A stretch of 64,000 nt of DNA from Callorhinchus milii (Eukaryota), in contig NW_024704742.1 of assembly GCF_018977255.1 (NCBI RefSeq), positions 122,514,001 to 122,578,000 of the forward strand, in the 5' to 3' direction. Position 1 is the stretch's first letter, and each line of letters opens with the position of its first letter. The position numbers and the translations under genes were made by a program. Below the pieces are notes generated by a model. That model did no database searches. It was not told the DNA's origin and saw nothing but the letters and a program-made list of their open reading frames with translations. Positions 12,008-24,893 of the stretch are shown here, piece after piece.

Positions 12008-15000
12008 TCATTTTTGAGTTTTAACATGTATAAAACTGACAGCTGTTTTCTGTTCTACTTTATCCCCTCTGACAATGACTGAAAATGCACTGCCTCATGA
12101 AACATTTGAAGTGTAATATAAATAATCCATACAGATGGCTATCTGTTCCATTTATAAAGTGAATCTGAAATACTCTGGTATGAAAGGCATTGGAACAACT
12201 GAGCCAAACTACCTTATTAACCTGATCACTCTCCTGAAAGCAATAGACATTGAATATAGTTCAAGGTCATCTTATTCAGGAAAAAGGAAGATCTTGTTTT
12301 TCAATTTAGATCATGGGTAAGAACACTGAATTACTGCATTATTAAATATCAAAATTAATAGTTCGTGACAATATGGGCAGCAAAAAAAGTAGTATCTGAC
12401 CTTCAAATCTGGCTGAAATTAGATTCCGGAAAAGGTGAGTTCATGTAAAACAGAAAATGCTAAATATATGATCCGAGATCACCAATTTTGTGTGTCAAGG
12501 TTACATCAGTGGCTTTTTGATGGATGTTACCTACACTATCCAGCTGAAAGATACAGCTGAGGCACCACTTGAGAATGCAGCATTTGCAAGCTGAGTTAGC
12601 ATTGTTGAATGCCCCTGTTCCAAGCATCATTATTAATTAAGGCAAGTCCCTGAGCAGTTGCCCGGTGATTTTTGGGGTGCCATTTATCATATCTTAGTGG
12701 TTGGTCAGCAAACTTATTTCCTTAAAATATTAAATGTCTGTGTGTTAAAATAGTTAGAACAAACTACACCGCCAGTTTGAGTTCTCAGCTGATTCTGTGA
12801 AGCGTTTGAAACATCCTCCCGAAGTGAAACTGGCTACATATATGTAAAATTGTTATCGCTGTACAGATATGAAAATGGAAAATTGACAGGTTCCCACTGA
12901 GTAGAGTCAGTAACCAAACCGATTTTGCAATTTGTTTTAATTTACAATTTTTTTTCCACTCTTGTAGAGGCAATTATAATGTCACTAAATCTGGCTTGAG
13001 TAGACTTGGGATAAGAAAAGGAAATTAACCAAGGCTTCTTGATCATTATCCAACGTTTCCTGCTGCGAAGTATGTGCATGGATTAGGCAAGAACACTTGG
13101 CTGTAATCCCCCCAGAGTTAAACTGTGCCATTCTTCACAGTCTAGAATCACATATTCAAATAACCATCAGTGCCTTAAGGAAAGAGGGGGGAGGGGGGTT
13201 GGGGTGAAAAAGATGGAGAGAAAACTAAATTGGAAAATCTATGGGCTGGTATGTTAATTATTGACATTTTCTTTCCTTTAATAAAATGATTATATACAAT
13301 ATTCCTTTCCTGGGCAGGATAGTACACTTTGAGAACATCATTGAAAATCCAACCTAGAATATTCATTGCAGCCTGCACCCCCCCCTTCCCTAATCCATGG
13401 ATCTGCACAAAATATTGTACTTGAAAACTCAAGTGAACAGTTTAACCTCTGAGTGATTGCCAAAACTAGCACCACAACATTAACTGTTTTTTCAGGGAAT
13501 TCCCAGGTATATAATAATAATTCTTGTGATTATGCCGTTTGAAGGATTTTTCAACCCCATTATCTCTCCTTGATTAGTCCAGATTTCTCTTCCAGATGCC
13601 CTACATAGCACTGCCGAATGTTGCCTCGGGGGTGGGGGGGCTGGCAGGGGTTATCTGGGGCTTTGCAGTTCATTATTTTTTTAAAAAACTATCACGTGTT
13701 CATTCGTAGACCAAAAGAACTATTTACAAAACGTTGTTGAATAATGTATATATACATTCCAAATTATTACATCAAGAGGTTCTACATGGCAGTTTCAATG
13801 CCCTTTACTAATCAAAATGCTTCCTCTTATTTTATGCCCTGTAGATAAAGAAATCAATGTTAGTCTGAAACTGTTTCAACGTTTTAAATGTTGTGCCTCT
13901 CAAAGATGCTCTTGGAGGACCTCGCATCCAAAGATTTGCACACAAAAAAAGATTTTTTTTTAAAGTCTGTAATAGAAGTTAATATGTTATTCCTAATTTT
14001 CTCTTAAAGTATTAGTTGTTGCTCAGGAGACTGCTACTGTGCCATTGTATATTACACTATAAGGTTATTTGGAGGTTAATGATATGAGGATAGCTTGTGG
14101 GGATTTCTGGAAAAGGCTTTACTGACAGCTTGTACCCAAGAACGTAACTCAGTCAATTGATACGGGTAGGTGTATATTCATATGAATAATTGCTGTTGCC
14201 TACCTCCATTGCTTCACTAAAACCAAGCAAACTCACCCTCATCTGTCATGTTCCCTCTGGGAATTCAGCTGCTAGAAGAAAAATCAATCCCGCCTTTAGG
14301 ATCATTCTTCATTTCTTTTCCCCATGAAAGCCAGTAGAGTTAGACAGGTTAACTGATCTAACACAAGAAATCACAAGGCTGAGAGTGTATTACTCAATTT
14401 AGCTTAGAGGTGTGAAAGATTCACGAGTTACGATTGAGTTTTGCATAAGTGACTGAGTGAGGGCACAAATTTTACGTCCAGAGCATGATGTGATAGTCTG
14501 TCCATTACACAGACTAGTAACATTTAAATTTGTATTAATCCATGACATTGAATCAAAGAATGTTTAAAGAACCAAAAGGGCCCATTGCCAAACTTGCCTC
14601 TGTTCGTCCTAGCTTCCTAACTGGAAATATCTTTTGTGAACCCATTTCCCTACCCTCCCGACCCAGAGACATTAGCCTACATGAAGGGCATCATATAAAA
14701 GCGGGTCGTTGTTGTTGAAGAAGGTTGGCACTTCAAATATTGCAACACTCTTCCAACAATGCTCCAAAATGTCAGTGTAACTCTGAGCTCAAATCCCAGA
14801 CTAACTCTTGAATAATATTAATGTGTTTGCCACTATTACATTATTTAATAGATTATTTCCAAACATTTCACTTTGAGTAATAAACTTTGTATTTATTTCG
14901 ATTGTGTCCTCAGGTGCTGTTGTGTCTTGTAGCGTAGTTTACCTGATCTATACTAATAAATATTTTATCTACTTCTGTGAAGTCTCTCTTTAAACACCCT

Positions 15001-15619
15001 TCCATCCAGACTCAAAGCTGAAGTTTTTCTCTTTTTTTTTCATAAATCAGATATTAACAAGGTTTTCATGAAGGAAGTAATTGGCATACCATTAATTGGT
15101 TTTGCTGGGAATTCATTCTGTAAATCTAGTGCTCTGGGGGCAAAGAATCATCTAATCTGCAGTCTTTTTGAGGCTTATTAATTCTACTCTCATATCCTCC
15201 AGTGCTCAACCACAGACCAAGTTAAATAACTTGCTTCCATCTATATTATCCAGCCCCGCTTATCATTTGAAATATCAGGATTATAATACTCTTAATCATC
15301 TTTTCTCCAATGAAAACAAGCTAAATTCTGTGAGCTTCTCTTCATGGTTTAGAGTTTAAACCCTTGAGTCCTTGCTCTAAAATCTCTGCAATGGATTAAT
15401 GTCCATTTGAAGACATGAGAGTGCCCAGAGGCTAGGGTGACCATAAGTCCCTAATTTTCGGGGACAATCACCAAATTAGATATTGTTTCCCTGGCATTCA
15501 GCAACAAACTGAGCAAGAACAATAAAAAATCTAAAACAGATCCATTCATTAGAGAAATACAACCAGTAACCTAACAAACTTCTCCAGGACTGCCAACATC
15601 AGGAATTGCAGTGAGTCCA

Positions 15620-16895
15620 TTTGATACCGCATTCAATACGGTCGACCGCGCAATCCTCCTCCACCGCTTGTCCTCCCACCTCAATCTTCAAGGTCCTGTC
15701 CTTGAGTGGGTTAGGTCCTACCTCTCCCACCGTCTTCAATTTGTTTCCACAAATGGCTTTTCCTCCAGCCCCCGCACTGTCTCATGCGGTGTCCCTCAGG
15801 GCTCTGTCCTCGGTCCCCTCCTCTTCACCCTCTATATGCTCCCCCTCGGTGACATCATCCGCAGACATGGGGTTAACGTCCACTTGTATGCGGATGACAC
15901 CCAACTCTAGCTTTCCTCCTCTACCCTCAACTCCACGACCACTGATGTCCTGACAGCTGCCTGTCCGACATCGAGTCCTGGACGAGAGACAACTTTCTTC
16001 AGCTCAACGTGCGAAAAACTGAGGCCCTCCTGATTGGCTCACGTCAGCGCCTCCGCACCTCAGGCGCTGACAGCATCCAAGGCTTCACTCTCCACCTCTC
16101 AAAGCCGGTCAGGAACCTCGGTGTTCTGTTCGACCCTGAGCTGTCCTTTCTTCCTCATATCTGCGCCACAACTGGCACCGCCTTCCATCACCTCCGGAAT
16201 GTCGCCAGACTACGGCACTACCTCACCCCTCACGCTGCTGAATCTCTGGTCCACATCTTTATCACCTCAAGGCTGGACTATGGGAACTCTCTCCTCGTCG
16301 GCCTTCCCGGCACCTCCCTCCACAAGCTGCAGGTCATTCAGAACTCTGCAGCTCGTGTACTGTCCCGCACCAGGCTTCGGGACCACATCACTCCCACCCT
16401 CGCTCGCCTCCACTGGCTCCCCATCCCCCAGAGGATCGAATTCAAGATCCTCATCCTCACCTACAAGGCCATTCACGGCCTTGCTCCCTCCTACCTCTCC
16501 GACCTACTATCCCCCTACCTACCTGCCCGTACCCTCCATTCCTCTGGCTCTGGTCTGCTCCACATCCCCCGCCCTAACTGCCCTACCATCGGTGGCCGGG
16601 CCTTCAGCCTCTCAGCCCCTAGGCTCTGGAACTCTATCCCCCAGTGCCTTCACCGCCTCCTCCCTTTCCTCCTTCAAGGTCGGTCTCAAGACCTTTCTCT
16701 TCGACCGTGCCTTCAGCTCCCCTCTCGACTCTCTACCCCCTCCTCGCTCCCTCCCTTCCCTCCCCTCACCCTGACCATTTCCCCCCTGCTCGGGTCCTGA
16801 CCCAACTGTACAGCGCCTTGGGACGTCCTCCTGACGTGAAAGGCGCTCTATAAATGGAATCTTGTTGTTGTTGTTGTAATTTTGTTGTTGTTGTT
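15620..16895 (+). mobile_element. Young L2 LINE, 5'-truncated
   Basis: RT motifs [16 protein letters not shown] and YADDTQL; in-frame stop; 3'UTR and (TTG)n tail. Confidence 0.95.
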
Positions 16896-17099
16896 TCAAT
16901 AGCACAGGATTTACTGGACTGCATATTGATTTTTCTAGGTAAACAAGGCAGCAATGTCTCACAAATAGCCAGGAGATTGTCAACCAGTACACTGAGTGTA
17001 ACTTGGAGAAAATCACATCGTTTGAATGTGGCATTCCACCAAATAATAGAAAGAGAGAAATTATTGCTAGAACATTTTGTCCTTTAATACAGCACTTTT

Positions 17100-17975
17100 C
17101 ACAACAACAATAACAAAATTATATTTGTATAGCAACTTCCACGTCAGGGAGCGAGGCGGAGGGACTGTGGGATGGAAGGCCTGCCTGCCAATGGTGGGGC
17201 CAGCGAGGTGGGGGACACAAACCAAGACGGAGCCCACTGAGCAGAGGGAGCGAGCAAGTTGGTAGGGGTTTAGGCGGTCACAGAGGTAGGGGGAGCAAGG
17301 CCAAGGAGAGCTTTGAAGATGAGGACCGGGATCTTGAATTGTATCCTCTGTATGATGGGAAGCCAGTGGAGTCAGGCAAGATGGGGCTGATAGGGTCATG
17401 GAGCCTGGTGCATGAGAGGACACAGTCTGCAGAGTTTTGGATGATCTGCAGCCTATGGAGGGAGGAGTTGGTAAACACGACAAGCAGAGCGTTTGCATCA
17501 TCAAGCATGCACAGTTATGAATGCATGTATAATGGGTCTCAGCAGCCTGCGGTGTAAGACAATAGCGGAGCCGGGTGAGGTTGCGGTGGTGGGGGAAGGC
17601 AGATCGGGTCATTGCATGGATGTGGGGTATAAAGGATAGTTGAGGGTCAAAAAGGACCCCAAGGTTCCGGATTGGCTCAGTGAGGTGGAGTGTGCAACCA
17701 TGGATGGTGATGCTGTCAGCACTTGAGCTGTGGAGTCACTGACGGGAGCAAATCAGGAGAGCCTCGGTCTTGCTGACATTCAACTGAAGAAAGTTAGCTC
17801 TCATCCAGGACTTGATGTCTGACAGAGATTCTGTCAGGACAGCAGTGGTCCTGGAGTCAAGGGTGGAGGCAGAGAGATAGAGGGGTGTCATCCGCATACA
17901 TGTAGAAGTTGACCCCATGTCTGCAGATGATGTCACCAAGAGGGAACATATAGATATTGAAGAGGAGAAGAGGAC
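17100..17975 (-). mobile_element. L2 LINE fragment
   Basis: WMRANFLQLNVSKTEALL and QNSA motifs, frameshifted. Confidence 0.88.
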
Positions 17976-19038
17976 CTCTCAAAGCGCTTCATATGATTTA
18001 CTATAAAGTACAGTGACTGTATTTTGTAGATATTCTAGAATGTCTAAATTCTACCCTGTCGTTTTAGGATCATTGGATGATAAATAGCCCATTTCTGCCA
18101 CTGTTGTTCATGATTCTTCCATTTCAAGAACAGCTCCTTTTTCATACAATTTATACAACTACAGTGGATTGACTCAGCAGCAAATTTGTTGTTTTTCTTT
18201 CCATAATGCCCTTTCTCAGCGGCAGACTAAACTACCATCATTAAAAGTTGCAGTGCAGTTAAATAATGGAAACTACCAAATTACATAGTCAGACCACTGA
18301 TTTATGGGCTTCCAGTTTAACTTGTTGCTTAGTGTATTTTATAGCATGACATACTTGTTACAGGAGATCAGATTTTCAACTTGCAGTATTATTGAATCAA
18401 CCACACTGCTTACTCCCCGGACCTAAATGAAAATGGTACAGACTTGATATGAAACTAATCCTTGAAAGAATACTCACAAATGGGAGACTAAATTGCAATA
18501 TTTTTTTCTCCATTGTATTCTTTTACAAGGACTATTGAATTGTAAATGGAAACAGATGTAAGTTAGTATAACATATTTTGATTACTAGATGTCCCCACTT
18601 GTCACTCAGAGTGCTTATTAAGAATCCAGTTAAGAAACACCATCATTCAACTTAATTGTTATCCAAGTTCTTCTGAATGAATACAAATTGCATGAATTAT
18701 AGTTGGTTCTCAAAGCGCTTGACAGTCACTTTAACGAGTCACTGATAGAAGGACAATGCAACTTCAGTATCTTTCCCAGAATATTAAAAGTTAATCAATG
18801 AGAATATTCAAATAAGAGATCCAAAAAAACTACTGAAATATTTTGAATGTATTACTAAAAGTCACAAGTAGAAAAATATTTTTTGTTGTTTTCGGTAGCA
18901 CTGAAAAGCCCAAAGAACTGTTACCCAATGCTAGAAGGAAAGAATGACCAGATAAACTAAGGCTGTTCAGGTTTGAAGAGACTACTCCAGAGGGGAGAGG
19001 TGTCTAAGATGCTAAATGGAATAGAGAAAGCAAACCCA

Positions 19039-19669
19039 TAGAAATTTACGGCACAGAGAAGGCCATTCAGCCCATTGTGTCTGTGCCGGCTCCTTCAAGA
19101 GCTTTCCTTTCAGTCCCTTTCACCATTTCTTGAAGGCCAATTATGAATTTTGCCTCAACTACTACTCCTGTCTGGGCATTTCATAACCTAACTCTTCTCT
19201 GTGAGAAAAAAANTTCTCCTATGCTCCCCTTTGCTCATCTACTATTTTAAATTGATGCTATCTAGTTACTGATTCACTGGCCAGCGGAAATAATTTCTCC
19301 CTATTGACTCGATTAAAACCTCCCATAATTTTAAGCACCTCTATTAGATTGCCCCTCAACCTTCTTTGTTCCAAAAGAAAAAGTCCCAGTTCCTCCAGTC
19401 TCTGCTCATAGGCCCAAACCACTCATCCCCAGTATCAACCTAGTAAATCTCCTTTCCACCCCTTCTATAACCTTGACAGTTTTCCGAAAATGGGGTGACC
19501 AATCCTGGACACAGTATTCTAACTGCGGTCTAACTAACAATTTGCATAAGTTTAGCATTTCCTCTTTGCTTTTATATGCTATACCCCCATTTATAAAACC
19601 CAAGATTCCATTAGCTTTTTCACAGCTTTGTCCACCTGCCATCCTACATTTAAGGATTTATGTACGTTT
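19039..19669 (-). mobile_element. CR1 LINE 3' fragment nested in an older plus-strand CR1 (~18955-19900)
   Basis: KANGILGFI...LVRPQLEYCVQ motif and CR1 3' tail; aaccca at both ends. Confidence 0.85.
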
Positions 19670-20689
19670 AACCCAGAACAATAATTTAGATATGGCAAGG
19701 CAGCAGGATAAACAGGCACATTTAATGCTGTGCCTATTTGTTGTGAAGGGAAATTTTAGGACACACATTAGGAAACGTTTATTTACACAGAGGATAATTA
19801 ATGGCTGGCACATGTTACTAAAAAGGTGATTAAGGCCAGAACAGTAAATTCATTTAAGAGGAATATGATCAAATGAGCCAAAATGCTTCTTCAGCCATAT
19901 CTCTCATGATGTTGTGAAACAACCCAAATTGCATGTTAATATTACCGAAATATTGCCTTGTGAATTAGTAATTGGTTTGTTGTATTCACTTGAAATTACC
20001 ATAGAGCTACACCAGATTCTGTAATGGGAGAATTTCATACTGTTTGAGCAGTTTACAAGGTTACATTCAGAACATTTCTATAGCAAGCAAGGAGCACAGC
20101 CATTGAATAAAATGCTGTTTAAATGTTATTTAACAGAACGGATATGTCATTATTTAATGTCTGAATAAGATTAAAAAGATATTTCAAATATCAAACCTAA
20201 TTTTCAAACAATGTTCCATCTGATCTTACAGTACCATTAACAAATGATTAAAAGTCACTGGTTGATGCTGCGTGACCGATAGCAACGGTCAATAATACAG
20301 TTGGTATAGTAATTTGATTGCTCTGAAAGCCAGACAGAACCTGCAATGTGCATCTGTATGGAACTGGAGGAGCACCAATTGGTTTTAAAGAGGAAAATGA
20401 CCTTATCTATGGATTACTGTCCTCCTGTAATGAAATTATCCATTCGCGTCATCTGAACACAGGCACTAAGCAGCAGTAGGACTTTATGAACAGATAATTG
20501 TATCACTAATGCTGCACGTATGCTGTAATTGTAAGCTTTTTTTTCCTTTAATAACAAAATAACCAGTCTGACAGATTCCTGAATACTCATAGTAGTTGAC
20601 AACTTTTTTTTTCTCCAGCAACACTTTTCCCTACCATATTAAAAATAAATGAATTATAAAATTAATTACAAATTATAAATAAAATCTTG

Positions 20690-20935
20690 TAGACATCTCA
20701 AAGTACTTCACAGAATATACTGTAAAGTGAATTGACTGTGTATTTGCGGGTGAAGCGCAGCAGCCAATTGCACACAGCAGTGTCCCACAAACAGTTGTGG
20801 ATTGAAGTGACCAATTCATCATTTTTTCTTCTTGAGGGATTATTATCAGTTGTCTGGAGTAAGGAAACTTTCCCAAGGTTTCGCTCTGTCGGGAATCGAA
20901 CCCAGGTCTCTCGCTTGCTCTAACCACTGAGCGAG
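20690..20935 (-). mobile_element. tRNA-SINE short form, degraded
   Basis: Reverse complement of the SINE consensus. Confidence 0.8.
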
Positions 20936-21963
20936 ATGAGAGTGGAGCACAGCCTGGTGCCTTTGCCAACCATCATTTACAAACATCACTACTTGAAAAA
21001 AAAGATATTAACAGAATTTTCATTTTTCTTGGTCAGCTTGGGGTTCAACGTGCACAATACATGCCATGCATAAGATTCCACCAACTGAGAATTCACAGAA
21101 GCTGAGTGAGCGTTGCCTGCTTGTCGGTTCTGGAATGTACAATCACTCTAACACTCTGGAGGGAGACACCCTGCTTGTTCATGTCTAGATGTCTAGTACA
21201 GGTTGGCAGCAACCAAACTGAAACCACACACGGAACAGCTAGATTTCCTGTGGTCTTGTTCAGATAAAAACACCATCTTCGTTATGGAGTTGGCTTGCAG
21301 AATTACCAGGAGTTGAGTGGGAAGACTGTGTCCCAGTGACAGTCTACATCTTCAGTGAGATGCCAGGCTGGCCGGTCAACAATACACTGAAATGAGCCTG
21401 GCTTATATATTGGATCAGAGAATCACAGAGTCACAATAGAAAGTTGACTCAGCTCTGTTCATCTTCATCAGGCTTATTATTATGGAGCCAGTACTTAGCT
21501 CCACTTCTTTAGAAAAATAGCTGCAATTTGGTCATCAGACCTTTGAGCTCTGCGCGGATTCAAGTTTGAGCTCTTCGTTGATGAGCTAGCTGGTACAAGG
21601 TACTCTTCTCAAACAATATGGTAAAGAATATGGACAAGCTGCACAAAATGTAGATCTCACACCACCCAGCAGACCTCATCATACAGTTCCTACCCTGGTT
21701 AGAAATATAAACTTTGTGTAGCAGTTGCTTGGCGCTCAGTGTACTATTTAGGGTACCCACTAAATGGCATGTCTTTGTCACTCACTCCAGTTCTGACAAC
21801 AACAAAAAAGTTGCGTTTAGAAAATGCTTTTTACATCGGGAGGATGTCCCAAGGCACTGGAGCCTTTCAGTAGCTGTCGTACTAAGCCTCAGAGTTTTCT
21901 TGTCAATTTTACGCGAACATCTGCCTTCAGCCTCAGAGAGATGTTTGCAGACCAGCCGACTGT

Positions 21964-22275
21964 GGAGTCCTGTAGCTCAGTGGTTAGAGCACTCACTTTG
22001 CAAGTGAGAGACCTGAGTTCAATTCCAGGCAGGGCGAAACCTTGGGCAAGTTTCCTTACTCCACACGTCTAATAATAATCCCTCCAAAACCAAAAATAAT
22101 AAATTGGTCATTTTCAATCTACGACTGTTTGTGGGACATTGCTGTGCGCAATTGGCTGCCGCGTTCGCCCACAAATATACAGTCAATTCACTTTACAGTG
22201 TGTTCTGTGAAGCGCTTTGGGACGTCCTCCGGACGTGAAAAGCGCTATATCAAATGCAAGGATTATTACTATTAT
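21964..22275 (+). mobile_element. Young tRNA-SINE, short form
   Basis: GGAGTCCTGTAGCTCAGTGGTTAGAGC...GAGTTCAATTCC head; tail agcgctttgggacgtcctccggacgtgaaaagcgctatatcaaatgcaagg followed by (ATT)n. Confidence 0.93.
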
Positions 22276-22689
22276 CTTCACTTTCCCCCTCACCATACAT
22301 ACTAGCCACCTCTATGTTCACTGATTCACACTGAATTCTAATTCCTAAAGGATTCCTTTTGAGTACAAGCAAAAAATAAAGTACATGCAATACAACAAAA
22401 GAGAATTTTGTTCTCTTGATAGAAACCTACCATTTGCAAAGTTTTTCTTCCCAGTTTCCATGGCATTGACCAAAGGGATCTTAAAACAAACTGAGCTGTA
22501 GTCATTTCCCTGTCTATTTCAACTACATTCTGTGTCAACCACTTGTACATGACCAGAGCTAGAGCTGTATTTTTTCAGTGATGAATCTTCTCTACAAAGA
22601 GGTTTGCAAATAGTGATTATTTTCAGAGCGAGTAGATGTATTGCTCTGATCAACAACAAAATGGATTTCCCCGTTTCCCTCCCATTTAA

Positions 22690-23255
22690 CAACAATAACT
22701 TGTAACATTTGTACAGTACTGTCCACGCCTGGCGGTGTCTCAGAGCGCTTAACAATGGTGGAGACCGAGGCCGAGTCCGAGTGAGGGGGAAGGTGATCAT
22801 AGGCATGGTGGAAAAGGAAGGTCTTCAGACGCGACCTGAAGATGGGGAAGGAGGGGACGAGGCGAAGGGGTTGAGGGAGTGAGTTCCTAAGTTTCAGGGC
22901 ATAGTGGCTGAAGGCATGGCCGCCGATGGTGGAGCAGAGGATTCGAGGGACATGGAGGAGGCTGGACCCAGTAGAGCGGAGGCAGTGGGTACTGCTGTGT
23001 GGAGAGAGGAGATTGCAGAAATAGGGGGGTGCCAAGGAATGGAGGGATTTAAACACTAGAGTGAGGATCTTGAAGTCGATCCGCTCTGTGACAGGGAGTC
23101 AGTAGAGTTTGGCAAGGACTGGAGTAACTGGAGTACAAAGTTTGGTGCAGGTGAGAATGTCGGCAGCGAAGTTTTGAATGAGCTGAATTTTGTGAATAGT
23201 GGAGGAGGGGAGACCGGGGAGGAGGGCATTAGAGCATTCCAGCCAAGAGGTGACA
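22690..23255 (-). mobile_element. L2 LINE 3' fragment, older
   Basis: FKSLHSLAPPY...LKTFLF. Confidence 0.85.
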
Positions 23256-23484
23256 AATACATGGACAAGGGTATCGGCAACTTTTGGGTTGAGGTATTTA
23301 TCATTACCAGGATTGATGCATTAACTTCTCACAACTACTTAACAAAGGCATCTTTCGAATCCTTGAACAAAGAAATATCCTCAAGCAATAGACCCACACA
23401 GAAAGATACATTTGTCACCAAGCTGTTCATTTATATTGAAGCTTATCTTAGTGGTTTAAACCATAACTGCATTCATCAACTCAC

Positions 23485-23712
23485 CCATATCTGCAACTTG
23501 ATTCTTTTTTCATTCCTGTACACGGTCTTTACTTTGAAGTCAATACCCACAGTGCTTACAAAGGCAGATGTAAAGGAATCATCAGCATAGCGGAAGAGAA
23601 ATGAGGTTTTCCCAACACTGCTGTTGCCAATGATTAGTAATTTGAACATGTAGTCAAAGTTCTGGTCAGCCGTGTCCTTTTGCCCATATCGAGAATCTTG
23701 TGTGGCCGCCAT
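23485..23712 (-). CDS. RAB3C: Rab3 GTPase, coding exon 2 (76 codons, [13 protein letters not shown]...KRIKLQIW)
   Basis: Rab3 N-terminus with P-loop GNSSVGKT and switch [21 protein letters not shown] and NEKRIK residues favour RAB3C over RAB3A/B/D. Acceptor ttttatattccag|ATG, phase-0 donor TGG|gtgagt, 228 nt. Confidence 0.95.
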
Positions 23713-23912
23713 CTGGAATATAAAATATGTTCAAATGGTTCAGTCACTTTAAACATTAATGAAGCAAAGGAGAATCTGAATCTGCAAGATTCAAACTATT
23801 ACAGCATTGACAAACAATAGTAACAAAGAGCATTTATATTGCGCTTTCCCCAGAAAAAATAAACATCTCAAAGATACAATTTTAATCAAATATCACAAAC
23901 GGTTATATAACA

Positions 23913-24290
23913 GTGGGTGTCAGCCTGGCTCAGTCAGGAACATTCCTGCCTCTGAGTTCCAAGCAAGGACTTTGAACTCATTCCAGTGTGACATTCAAGT
24001 GCAGTGCTGCGAGAGTGCTGCACTGTTGGTAAGTGTCCTCCTTTGGATTAGACATTAAACTGAGGTGCTGTCAACCTCTTTGACGTTAAAGATCCTGACA
24101 AAGCTATTCAAACTGAGAAGGAAGTTTCTCTCAATGTCCTGACCAACCCCCACCGATTAAAGAAAATTGATCATTCAGTTCCTGGCTCTTTGTGGAGTGT
24201 TACTGTGCACAAATTGGCTGACATGTTTGCCTACAAAATACACTCATCTCTACGTTTCAAAATAAATCCTTTTGAGATGTTTTGACGACA
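23913..24290 (+). mobile_element. Old Deu-domain SINE
   Basis: tRNA-like head gtcagcctggctcagt...gcctctgagt and Deu-like core gacattaaactgaggt...ttaaagatcc. Confidence 0.7.
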
Positions 24291-24319
24291 CATTAACGCA
24301 GGGATTTTTTTTAGCATAT

Positions 24320-24893
24320 TTATAAAATGCTGGTTAGGCCTCAGTTCGAGTACTGCGTTCAGTTCCAGGGACCGCACTTTAGGAAAGATATTAGGGCACT
24401 GGAGAGGGTGGGTGCAAAGGAGGTGTACCAGGATGGTACCAGGAATGAAGGACCTTAGTTATGAGGAGAAGTTAGCAAAACTAGGATTATTCTCCCTAGA
24501 GCAAAGAAGATTAAGAGGGGATTTAACAGAGGTTTTCAAGATCATGAGAGGATTTGATAGGTTGAACCGGGAAAAACTGTTTCCACTGGCATGTGGGTCA
24601 GTAACCCGAGGACACCAATTTAAGTTAGTTGTTAAAAGAAACAGATGGGAGGTTAGGAAATATTTTTTCACCCAGCGAGTTGTTCATATCTGGAATGTAT
24701 TACCTGAAAGAGTAGTGGAAGCCGATTCAATAACAACTTTTAAGAGAGAAGTAGATGGGTATTTGGGGAGGACAAGATTGCAGGGCTATGGAGAGAAAGC
24801 GGGCCAGTGGGATTGAGTTGGATTGCTCTTTTCGGTGCCAGCGCAGACACGATGGGCCAAATGGCCTCTTTCTGTGCTGTATGATTCTATGAT
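24320..24893 (+). mobile_element. CR1 LINE 3' fragment
   Basis: LGLFSLEQRRLRGDL...FFTQRVV.IWN.LP and tail atgattctatga. Confidence 0.93.

Noticed and set aside
14903..14921. REST/RE1-like site (CAGCACC-TGA-GGACAC on minus)
   Set aside because: Non-canonical 3-nt spacer and a weak right half.
15432..15500. tagggtgaccata...gggaca, a hAT-like terminal sequence
   Set aside because: No matching second terminus or TSD found.
19213..19213. Single ambiguous base n
   Set aside because: Assembly ambiguity after a poly-A run; not biological.
21964..22036. tRNA-Ala-like gene (also at 8423, 52136 and others)
   Set aside because: SINE heads: poor acceptor stem, and each continues directly into SINE body and tail.
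1..23484. RAB3C exon 3 ([22 protein letters not shown]...)
   Set aside because: Not found by eye or in the ORF track. A partial ATGTATGAC match near 380 is bounded by stops. It probably lies beyond the left edge.
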